The notes under the pieces are model-generated. The model searched no databases. It had not been told where the DNA came from and worked only from the letters and a program-made list of their open reading frames with translations. Source: Planctomycetota bacterium (GTDB lineage Bacteria > Planctomycetota > UBA11346). Taken from it: 64,000 bases of DNA. Made by a program: the position numbers and the translations under genes. The stretch lies in NCBI GenBank assembly GCA_038213805.1, contig JBBQSO010000001.1:64001-128000 (forward strand). The letters run 5' to 3'. Positions 56,101 to 64,000 of the stretch are shown piece after piece (position 1 is the first letter of the stretch; every line of letters begins with the position of its first letter).

Positions 56101-58151
56101 CGCGGCCACCGGGCGACGAAGTAGCCGCGACCGTTGCTGCCGAACACCAGGCGGGTGGCGTCATGGGGATCGAGGGCGAGGACGGTGCCACGCAGCATGG
56201 GCAGGCCGTCACATTGCTGCGACCAGGTCGCGCCTGCATCGCTGGTGGTCCAGACGCCGGTGGCGCGGGTCTGGTCATGATAGGGATCATCACTGGTGGC
56301 GAAGGCGATGCGCTTGGGATCAGCCGGATCGATCACCACCTCGGCGATCCGTTCCCGCCCGCAGACCGATCGCCATTGACCAGCGCTGCAGGTCCAGAGG
56401 GCGCCATTCGCCACCACCACCACCTGGAGGGGTTCATGATTCGCCACCGCGAGCGCGGTGATGCCGGAGGGGCTGCCCGGAATCGGGGTGAAATGCTCGC
56501 CGTCGGCCGCCATCTGCAGACCGCGCTTGCCGCCCGCGAGGATCGCCTGACCCCCATGCGGGGAAAGTGCCAGCGCGACCACTTCGCCTTCGAGCACCAT
56601 GCCCCACTGAGCGCCCCCGTCACGGCTGAGGTAGACCTTGCCCGCACGGCTGGCCGCCCACACCACCTGGGGTGCCTCCGGCCGTGCGCACACCGTCAGC
56701 ATCACCTCACGCGGCAGGTCGTGGTTGGGACACGCTTCCCAATGCCGACCGCCGTCGCTGGTCCTGGCGATCACCCCGAGGTCACCGGGCTCGAGCGCGA
56801 GGAACATGCGCATGCCGTGGGCGCCGGCGAAGGCGATGTCATGGACGCGACCCCAGCCGGGGAAGTGATCACCACCTCCCCACGTCCAATGCGCGAAGCT
56901 GTCCCGCGACTGCCAGAGGTTGCCATTGTCCATCGCCACCAGGGCGGCATGACCGGATTCCTCCGGATCGAAGCGGAAGCGCACGCAGCACAGACCGGAG
57001 TACCCGCGACCAGCCCACGTGCCGTCGTCTGCCTGGACACTGGAGGCATCCTCCCAGCGCTTCCCGCCGTCAGTGCTGCGCACGATGGTCTCGGTATTGC
57101 CGGCGAACATGGTCTGGGGATCACGGGGATCGATCTCGACCACCGCCATCTGCGCACCGGCGCGGTAGGCGCGCCGGAACTTCGGATTGTCGAGCGTCAC
57201 CTTCCAGGTCGCCCCGCCATCGCTGCTCAGGAAGAGCGTGCCCCCCTGCCAGGACTGGACGCTCGCCAGCACCGTGCCCGGTGCCGCCGCGCACATCGAC
57301 ACCGCGGCGCAGTCATGCCCGGGAAGTTCCGCACGGGACCAGTGCGCGCCGCCATCCGCGGAGGAGAAGAGCCCACCCTTGCCATGGTATTCGCCATGAG
57401 GCGCCCCGACAGCAGCCCACAGCCGGCCATGTCCGGACGGGTCCGCAGCCAGTCCGCATACCGCGAGATCATCCAGTCCGGCGTTGCGGGCGCGCCAGTT
57501 CCGCCCGCCATCGGAGCTCTCCCAGACGCCCTGGTCGTGGAGCGCGACGAAGAGCCGCGTGCCCTGCGCAGCGGGTGAGCCGACCAGGACGGCGCCCATC
57601 ACGTCCGCAGCACCGGCGATGCGGCTGATCTCCACCCAGTGCTCGCCGTCATCACGGCTCTCCCAGACCGCCCAGGCAGACTTGCCGTCGGGAGAGTTCC
57701 AGCGGCGGCGGCTGCCGCCCACAGCCACCAGACGTCTCGGCTGCTGCGGGTCGAACAGGATCTTCTGGACCGGGGCGCTGTACGAGCCCCAGGAGCACGG
57801 TGGGAAGCCCGCGCGCCGGCTTTGCCAATGGTGGCCGCCATCGTGGCTGACGCACGGACCGCTCATGGTGCCGGCCCACACCGTGAGCGGCTCTGTCGGA
57901 TGGAAGGTGAAATCGGCGATCTCATAGCTGGGCAGGTCGAAGGTGGCGCGCCAGGCCTCGCCACGATCGACGCTGAGACCGATACCAAGCATGTCGCCGC
58001 CGACCAGGACGCGGTGGGAATCGTGTGGACTGACAGCGATCGCGGTGATCGCGCCGCCGCTGCCGGGTTCGCCGAGCGGCTCCCAGTGGAGAACCGCCTC
58101 CGCGGCCGCACCGCCTGCTTTGAGGATCGTCAGCAGAATCAGGGGACGCAT
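56097..58151 (-). CDS. BNR/Asp-box repeat double beta-propeller (GH74/VPS10-like)
   Basis: About ten S.DGG..W Asp boxes; signal peptide; VGGDMLG near the N-terminus; C-terminal GSNGRG. Confidence 0.85.
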   Translation of the reverse strand: MRPLILLTILKAGGAAAEAVLHWEPLGEPGSGGAITAIAVSPHDSHRVLVGGDMLGIGLSVDRGEAWRATFDLPSYEIADFTFHPTEPLTVWAGTMSGPCVSHDGGHHWQSRRAGFPPCSWGSYSAPVQKILFDPQQPRRLVAVGGSRRRWNSPDGKSAWAVWESRDDGEHWVEISRIAGAADVMGAVLVGSPAAQGTRLFVALHDQGVWESSDGGRNWRARNAGLDDLAVCGLAADPSGHGRLWAAVGAPHGEYHGKGGLFSSADGGAHWSRAELPGHDCAAVSMCAAAPGTVLASVQSWQGGTLFLSSDGGATWKVTLDNPKFRRAYRAGAQMAVVEIDPRDPQTMFAGNTETIVRSTDGGKRWEDASSVQADDGTWAGRGYSGLCCVRFRFDPEESGHAALVAMDNGNLWQSRDSFAHWTWGGGDHFPGWGRVHDIAFAGAHGMRMFLALEPGDLGVIARTSDGGRHWEACPNHDLPREVMLTVCARPEAPQVVWAASRAGKVYLSRDGGAQWGMVLEGEVVALALSPHGGQAILAGGKRGLQMAADGEHFTPIPGSPSGITALAVANHEPLQVVVVANGALWTCSAGQWRSVCGRERIAEVVIDPADPKRIAFATSDDPYHDQTRATGVWTTSDAGATWSQQCDGLPMLRGTVLALDPHDATRLVFGSNGRGYFVARWPR

Positions 58152-58418
58152 CAGGCATGCCACGCCACCCCTGCCTCCAGCGGTGTGGGCCGCACTCGTC
58201 TTCTTCGGGGGCATGATGGCTCTCCTCTGCGCAGCCGCCCCCTAGATCCGACGGCGCACCGGGATCGTTACGGCATTTGTAGCGCGCACCCGCGATCGTA
58301 ACCGGGCGCCGGGCGCGCAGCCGGGAATCGCACGCGGCCGGTGCGCAGGTGCCGTGCTTCTCGCCCCCTCGTGACGGCGCGTGGCGCCGCGGCGGCACCA
58401 CCCGCACGCGCGCGGCCG

Positions 58419-59594
58419 TCACCCGCCGGTGAACAGCCGCGGCAGGAACTCGACCAGATAGCGCCGCCACACCGGCCAGCTGTGGCCACCGTCGGTGATC
58501 TGGAACTCGTGCTGGATGCCGTGCGCCTTAAGGTCGGCCTCGAAGGTCTCATTGCGGGTGCGCAGGAAGTCGTCCTTGCCGATGGCGATCCACAGCAGCT
58601 TGAGGTCGCGGTTGGTGCCGGCGGCGTCATCGAGGGCCGCCTTGACCATGCCGGCCTCGGGCGGCGCGGCGCTGAAGGCGCCGACCCAGGCGAAGCGTTC
58701 GCGCTCGGCCAGGCCGACGCCGAGCGCCTGCCCGCCACCCATGCTCAGGCCGGTGATGGCGCGTGCGGCAGCGTCATTCTTGAGGCGGTAGTGCGCTTCG
58801 ACCAGCGGCAGCGCGTCGTCGAGCAGCTCGCGGCGGAACGCCTCCAGCCCGGATTTGTACTTCCCGGATTCGGGCACGGACTGCGACGCGGGCGGCTGGT
58901 GACCGAAGAGCATCACCACCACCATCGGCTTGGCCTTGCCGGCGGCGATCAGGTTGTCGAGAATCCAGTGCGCGTGGCCATGGGTGATCCAGGTCTGCTG
59001 GTTGTCGCCGGATCCGTGCTGCAGGACCAGCAGCGGGTAACTCTCCGCGGTCGCGCTCTCGTAGCCAGGCGGCGTGTAGACGGTCAGGGAACGCTGCACT
59101 CCGAAAGCCTTGGAGAGGTAGTCGTGCTGGTGCACGGTGCCGTGCGGAACGTCCTGGAAGTCCCACGGCTGCGCCGGGGTCGCGGGCAGGTCGAGGATGC
59201 TGGTGCGCGGTTCGCGCATCGGCTTGATCGCGCTGTTGGCGGGATCGATCATCCCCACCCCGTCGACGGCCATGCTGTATTCCCACACGCCGGGATCGAT
59301 GGGCGCGGGACTGGTGCCGATCCACACGCCCTGGTCGTCGCGCGCCAGGACGATCGGCTCCTTGGCCCACTGCCCGTTGACCTTGACCTCTTTGGCGTTC
59401 GCGGCCTTGATGCGGAAGGTGACGTGGCGGTCGGCGGCGACCTCCGGCGAGACCACGGGGCGTGGCTTGGCGGCGGGAGCGGCCGGGGTCGCCGGTGCCG
59501 GCGTCCCCAATGGGACCACCGCATCGCGCTGCCCGCAAGCGGGCAGCGCCGCCAGGGCGATCAGGAGCGGGATGAGGCAGCGGGCACGGATCAT
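58419..59594 (-). CDS. CE1-type esterase with N-terminal CBM48-like domain (putative lipoprotein)
   Basis: LPAC lipobox-like motif, VYTPPGY, LQHGSGD, GLSMGG nucleophile elbow, GGHSW. Confidence 0.9.
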   Translation of the reverse strand: MIRARCLIPLLIALAALPACGQRDAVVPLGTPAPATPAAPAAKPRPVVSPEVAADRHVTFRIKAANAKEVKVNGQWAKEPIVLARDDQGVWIGTSPAPIDPGVWEYSMAVDGVGMIDPANSAIKPMREPRTSILDLPATPAQPWDFQDVPHGTVHQHDYLSKAFGVQRSLTVYTPPGYESATAESYPLLVLQHGSGDNQQTWITHGHAHWILDNLIAAGKAKPMVVVMLFGHQPPASQSVPESGKYKSGLEAFRRELLDDALPLVEAHYRLKNDAAARAITGLSMGGGQALGVGLAERERFAWVGAFSAAPPEAGMVKAALDDAAGTNRDLKLLWIAIGKDDFLRTRNETFEADLKAHGIQHEFQITDGGHSWPVWRRYLVEFLPRLFTGG

Positions 59595-59789
59595 GCGCGA
59601 CTCCTGAAGGCACAGAGGTGGGACGCCCGCCACAGCAGGCACGGCCTTGGGAGATACCGGCGGCGACGCCCCGCGTTCATGCCGACATCATGCACCGCGT
59701 GGTTCAGCCAGGGGCCGCACGCGCGTCCGACGGACGCTTCTCACCCGGCTGCGCGCACGACGATGCGCGCGCACCCAGGATGGTCCACC

Positions 59790-61028
59790 ATGGAAGCCGC
59801 TACCGCACCGCCCCTGCAGCTTCCCGTCCCGGCGCCGGAACGCGGACGCCTGCTCTCGCTGGATGCGCTGCGTGGCTTCGACATGTTCTGGATCCTTGGC
59901 GGTGACGGGCTGGTGCAGGCTATCCACCGGCTGTGCGGCGACCCGGTCACCGGCATGCTGGCCACGCAGTTCGACCACTGCGGCTGGGCCGGCTTCCATG
60001 CCGAGGACCTGATCTTCCCGCTGTTCGTCTTCATCGCCGGCATCTCGCTGGTGTTCTCGCTGGGCAAGACCATCGCCCGCGAGGGCCGCGCGGTGGCGGT
60101 GCGGCGCATCATCCGCCGCGGCCTGCTGCTGGTGCTGTTCGGCATCTTCTCCTACGGCGGCCTCGCCGACGGCTGGGACCACGTGCGCCTGCTCGGCGTG
60201 CTGCAGCGCATCGGCTTGGCCTACATGCTCGCCGGCCTGCTGTTCTGCTTCCTCAAGCCACGCGGGCTGGTGATCGCCTGCGCGGCCATCCTGGTCGGGT
60301 ACTGGGCGGTGATGACCTTCGTGCCGATCCGCGACGTGCACCTCAACCACGATGCGTTCGCCGTGCTCGCACAGACCACCGGCATCACTGACGAGCGCGA
60401 ACTCTTCGTGCGCACCACCGCCACTGTCAGCGGGCGCTTCGAACCCGGCTACAACGTCTCCGACCACCTCGACTACCAGTACCTGCCCGGCCGCAAATGG
60501 GACGGCTACTACGATCCGGAGGGTCTGCTCAGCACGCTGCCCGCTGTCGCCACCTGCCTGCTCGGCGTGTTCGCCGGGCTGCTGCTGAGACTGCCCGGCC
60601 TCAACGACCGCCGTCGCCTCGCCTGGATGGTCTGCGGCGGGCTCGGCCTGCTCGCGCTCGGCTGGGCCTGGGACCTGCAATTTCCGGTGATCAAGAAAAT
60701 CTGGACCTCGTCCTTCGTGCTGGTCGCCGGCGGCTGGAGCGTGCTGCTGCTCGCCGCCTTCCACTGGCTGATCGATGTGAAGGGGTGGAATGGCTGGATA
60801 CCGCCCTTCGTGTGGATCGGCATGAACGCCATCACCGCCTACATGGCGGCGAACATCCTCGATTTCCACGGCCTCGCCGCACGCCTGGTTGGTGGCCCGA
60901 TCGCCCATGCCTTGGACGCGCACGTTGCCGCGGGCCTGGGTGGCGTGGTCGGCATGCTCGGCGAGATCGGGCTCGTCCTGTTGTTCGTCTGGTACCTGCA
61001 CCGCCGGCAGATCTTCCTGCGGCTGTAA
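59790..61028 (+). CDS. HGSNAT/NagX-like (DUF5009) membrane acyltransferase
   Basis: RLLSLDALRGFDM, DLIFPLF, GVLQRI, DPEGLLST, PVIKKIWTSS, GMNAI. Confidence 0.92.
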   Translation: MEAATAPPLQLPVPAPERGRLLSLDALRGFDMFWILGGDGLVQAIHRLCGDPVTGMLATQFDHCGWAGFHAEDLIFPLFVFIAGISLVFSLGKTIAREGRAVAVRRIIRRGLLLVLFGIFSYGGLADGWDHVRLLGVLQRIGLAYMLAGLLFCFLKPRGLVIACAAILVGYWAVMTFVPIRDVHLNHDAFAVLAQTTGITDERELFVRTTATVSGRFEPGYNVSDHLDYQYLPGRKWDGYYDPEGLLSTLPAVATCLLGVFAGLLLRLPGLNDRRRLAWMVCGGLGLLALGWAWDLQFPVIKKIWTSSFVLVAGGWSVLLLAAFHWLIDVKGWNGWIPPFVWIGMNAITAYMAANILDFHGLAARLVGGPIAHALDAHVAAGLGGVVGMLGEIGLVLLFVWYLHRRQIFLRL

Positions 61029-61040
61029 CTCACCGCTGCT

Positions 61041-63182
61041 TTAGCCCACCAGCATCGCCCGCCGCAGCGTCAGCGCCTTCTCCACGGCCTGCGCACAGGT
61101 GCTCAGCGCGAAGGGCTTGTCGAGCAGGGCCAGCGCGCCGTCGTCGAGGCAGGCGCGCACCGCAGTGTCGGCTGCGCAACCGGACATCAGCAGGCAGGGC
61201 AGGCCGGGCGCCAGCACGCGCAGCGCCGAGAAGCAGGCCGGGCCGGACATCCCGGGCATCACCATGTCGAGCAGCGCGAGGTCGAAGGCATCAGGCTGCG
61301 CGCGCAACCGGTCGAGCGCTGCAGCGCCCTCGGCGAAGGCGGTGACGGTGTAGCCAAGGAAGCCGAGCATCTCGCCGACCGTGCTGCGCACGTCGGGGTC
61401 GTCGTCGACCAGCAGGATGCGGCCCGCGCCGTGTGGCGCCGCCGCGGACTTGGGATCGGCGACCGGGACCTCGGCGCCCTCGCCGAGCGGCAGGTAGATG
61501 CGGAAGCGCGTGCCCTCGCCGGGCGCGCTCTCGCAGGCGATGTGGCCGAGGTGCTTGCGCACGCAGGCGTAGACGTTGGTCAAGCCCAGGCCGGTGCCCT
61601 TGCCCGGGTCCTTGGTGGTGAAGAACGGTTCCATGGAGCGGCGCAGGACGTCGGGGGTCATGCCGCTGCCGGTGTCGCCGACGGTCAGTTCCAGCCAGGA
61701 GCGCGTCCCATCGAGCGCCAGCGGCCGCACCGCTGCCGCCTCGACCGCGGCCAGGCGGCGGGTGGTGAAGGTCAGGCTGCCACCGCGCGGCATGGCATCG
61801 CGCGCATTGACCGCAAGGTTGATGAGCGCGTGCTGCAGTTCATCGCGGTCGCCGAACACCACCAGCGGCGCCTTTTCGAGCCTGGGCAGGATCATCACCG
61901 CCTGCCCGAGAGTCGGCACCAACATGCCGCACAAGCCATCGATCAGGCCGTTGATCTCGACCCAGGCCGGCTGGCGCGGCGCCTTGCGCGTGAACGACAT
62001 CAGTTTGTGCACCAGCGCCTCGGCGCGCGCGCAGGCGGCGAGGATGCCGTTGAGATGGCGATCGCCAGAGCCCATGCGCTCAGAGAGGATCTCGGCATTG
62101 CCGCTGAGCACGGTCAGGATGTTGTTGAAGTCGTGGGCGATGCCGCCGGTCAGGCGCCCCAGCGATTCAAGCTTGTGCGCCTGGGCGAGCTCGTCGCGCG
62201 CCGCGTCCAGGGCAGCCTCGGCGTCGTGGCGCTGCTTGGCAAGCAGCACCATCTGCGCGTAATCCGCGAATGACGCGGCCAAGCGCTGCTCCTCGTCACT
62301 CCAACGCCGCGTGCCGCCGAGGTGGGCATGGCAGAACAGCCCGACGACCTGGCCGTCGAGGTAGATCGGCGCGTCGAGCAGCGCGCCGATGCCGGCCGGG
62401 CGCAGGTAGAAGTCCGCGAGCTCCTGCGAGCGCTCGTCGGCCACCGCGTCCTCGATGGACAGGATGCGGTGGTGGTGCAGGGCCATGCAGTAGGCGGGCA
62501 CCAGCGCGGCGGGCACTTCCAGGCCGGACTGGTGGGAGTCGCCGGCGCAGTCGTACATATCGACGCAGACCAGGCGCTTGGGCGCATCGCGGATGACCCA
62601 CACACTGACCCGGCCGACACCGAGCGCCACGCCCGCCGCCTCGGTCAGGGGCCGCAGCGCGGCGCCGACGTCAGCGCCGCTGCTCAGCTTGGTGCGGGCG
62701 AGGTCGAGCAGCACGTCGTAATCCGGACGCAGCGGCACCGGCACGCTCACCTGCGGGAACTGCCGCGCCACCTGCCACAGCGCGTGGTCGAGAACGAACG
62801 CATTGAGCCGGCTCAGCGGCAGCGTCGAATTGCACACCAGCGCCGCCGGCCCGGCGGCCTCAAGCGCGGTCAGGCAGACGCTGCGCCGCTCGATGCGCCG
62901 GCGCTGCTCCGGCGGCAGGCCGGCCACCACGCCAAGCGCCCACTCGTCCAGCAAATAGATATCGCAGGTGCGCTGGCGCAGGACCAGCTGCACATCCTCA
63001 CCCGCGCGCAGGACCTCAAGCTCATAGGAATCGCGGTGCCGGCACTCGGCCAGCCAGCGCTGCGCGGCGCGCGTCGCGGCCTCCCCCGCCGCCACCAGGA
63101 CGCGCTGACTGCCCGGTTGAGCGGTCGGCTTGACGGTGGCGATGCGGCCGCTCGGGGTGCGGGTCTCAGTGCTGGCGGGCAT
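61041..63182 (-). CDS. Hybrid sensor histidine kinase (pseudo-receiver, GAF, HisKA, HATPase, REC)
   Basis: GAF with ALLDAPI; GGIAHDFNNIL; NLAVNARDAM; DTGSGM; FFTTK; GTGLGL; REC ILLVDDD..LLDMVMP. Confidence 0.93.
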   Translation of the reverse strand: MPASTETRTPSGRIATVKPTAQPGSQRVLVAAGEAATRAAQRWLAECRHRDSYELEVLRAGEDVQLVLRQRTCDIYLLDEWALGVVAGLPPEQRRRIERRSVCLTALEAAGPAALVCNSTLPLSRLNAFVLDHALWQVARQFPQVSVPVPLRPDYDVLLDLARTKLSSGADVGAALRPLTEAAGVALGVGRVSVWVIRDAPKRLVCVDMYDCAGDSHQSGLEVPAALVPAYCMALHHHRILSIEDAVADERSQELADFYLRPAGIGALLDAPIYLDGQVVGLFCHAHLGGTRRWSDEEQRLAASFADYAQMVLLAKQRHDAEAALDAARDELAQAHKLESLGRLTGGIAHDFNNILTVLSGNAEILSERMGSGDRHLNGILAACARAEALVHKLMSFTRKAPRQPAWVEINGLIDGLCGMLVPTLGQAVMILPRLEKAPLVVFGDRDELQHALINLAVNARDAMPRGGSLTFTTRRLAAVEAAAVRPLALDGTRSWLELTVGDTGSGMTPDVLRRSMEPFFTTKDPGKGTGLGLTNVYACVRKHLGHIACESAPGEGTRFRIYLPLGEGAEVPVADPKSAAAPHGAGRILLVDDDPDVRSTVGEMLGFLGYTVTAFAEGAAALDRLRAQPDAFDLALLDMVMPGMSGPACFSALRVLAPGLPCLLMSGCAADTAVRACLDDGALALLDKPFALSTCAQAVEKALTLRRAMLVG

Positions 63183-63380
63183 GACAGAGGCTCCATCGAC
63201 CCGGCGTTGCAGGCACCTGCGGTCGCGGGGCAGTATCGTCAGCCGACGACCCGTTTCCAATGCCCGGTTACCAGGACGGATGGCACGCCTGCATCGTCTG
63301 GCACGGTCTGCGGACCATGCCAGACGATGCAGGCCCCGCCCTCAGCGCCCGCTGGCACTGGCGACATGCCGCGCCGCGCA

Positions 63381-64000
63381 TCACATCCGGGCGGCGTTCT
63401 CGTCGATCTCCTTCCACACGGCGGCGCGCAGGAACAGCGACTTCAAGACCTCACTGCGGATCAGGGTGCGATCCGCGTGTTCCTTGATCTGCATGGCCAT
63501 GAGCAGGTTGCTGTCGTCGCTGTGGCCCTGGTCGACCTCGCCGTGGTGCTCGAAAAAGCCCATGTCGAGCTGGGCGAAGGTGCGGCGCAGGCCCTGGGCG
63601 AGGTAGGGGAAGTTGTTGGGTATGGTCAGCTCGCCGCCGATGCCCAGCCACGACAGGCCACTGGTGAAGGAGCGTTGCACCGCCTGGCGCAGGCCGTCGT
63701 TGAGCAGCTCCATCGAGGTCAGCATCGGCGTGCGCTCGATCTCCTCGTTCGAGATGCCCATCGAGCCCATCATGCGCAGGTAGAGCATGTAGTGGGTGTG
63801 CGAGAGCTGGCCACCGCCGAGCTCTTCGTTGAGGTTGTCGAACAGCACCACGCGGTCGCGGATGTCCGGCGCCATGCCGATCAGGTGCGACAGGCACGAC
63901 GTGAAGATGCGCACGTGCTTGGAGAACTGGATGAACGCGAAGCGTACGCCCTTCTCGCTGAAGACGCCCTTCGACAGGCGGATGAGGAAGGGATGGTCGA
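63381..64000 (-). CDS. Heme-oxygenase-like diiron (TenA/PqqC/CADD-like) redox enzyme (5'-partial)
   Basis: Frame open to the window edge: DHPFLIRLSKG..; NLNEELGGG...THY; GELTIP; FFEHHGEVDQGH. Confidence 0.8.
   Translation of the reverse strand, partial: DHPFLIRLSKGVFSEKGVRFAFIQFSKHVRIFTSCLSHLIGMAPDIRDRVVLFDNLNEELGGGQLSHTHYMLYLRMMGSMGISNEEIERTPMLTSMELLNDGLRQAVQRSFTSGLSWLGIGGELTIPNNFPYLAQGLRRTFAQLDMGFFEHHGEVDQGHSDDSNLLMAMQIKEHADRTLIRSEVLKSLFLRAAVWKEIDENAARM

Noticed and set aside
58240..58302. GTAAC/GTTAC boxes upstream of the propeller gene as further members of the sigma regulon
   Set aside because: The boxes 15 nt downstream read TCGGA and CTACA, not G(T/A)AGA; too weak to call.
58341..59789. 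Apparent N-terminal extension of the acyltransferase ORF
   Set aside because: Antisense to the esterase gene; the family-like sequence begins near 59790.
1..64000. CRISPR arrays, tRNA/rRNA genes, transposases, integrases, prophage genes
   Set aside because: No regularly spaced repeats, cloverleaf/rRNA signatures or mobility motifs were seen by eye; a short ncRNA could have been missed.

Overview
High-GC bacterial chromosomal window, most likely from a Planctomycetota genome. The evidence for that is a planctomycete cytochrome c/DUF1549-DUF1553 gene next to DUF1501, ECF sigma/FecR pairs, and prepilin-like cassettes. It holds about 45 CDS, mostly for extracellular glycan sensing and use: an M36 peptidase, SGNH and CE1 esterases, a GH30-like enzyme, a BNR beta-propeller, an SSS transporter and a sugar-acid catabolic operon. 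There are four pseudogene scars. I saw no rRNA, tRNA, CRISPR array or intact transposase. All family assignments come from motif reading by eye, not database searches. Best candidate for a new system (40012-51893): an ECF sigma, a FecR anti-sigma fused to an apparently catalytically dead GH5 domain, two secreted proteins sharing an unfamiliar CBM-like domain, a lipoprotein, an outer-membrane beta-barrel, and three oversized minor-pilin/pseudopilin genes. A recurring GTAAC-N15-G(T/A)AGA promoter-like motif precedes three of these transcription units. Second candidate: two paralogous single-chain proteins (23840-26248 and 51929-54223) of the form degenerate sigma, anti-sigma, transmembrane helix, glycan-sensor ectodomain. 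Also notable: a Cys-Gly C-terminal sorting-like signal on two large surface proteins, and a 46-aa ORF missed by the ORF track.
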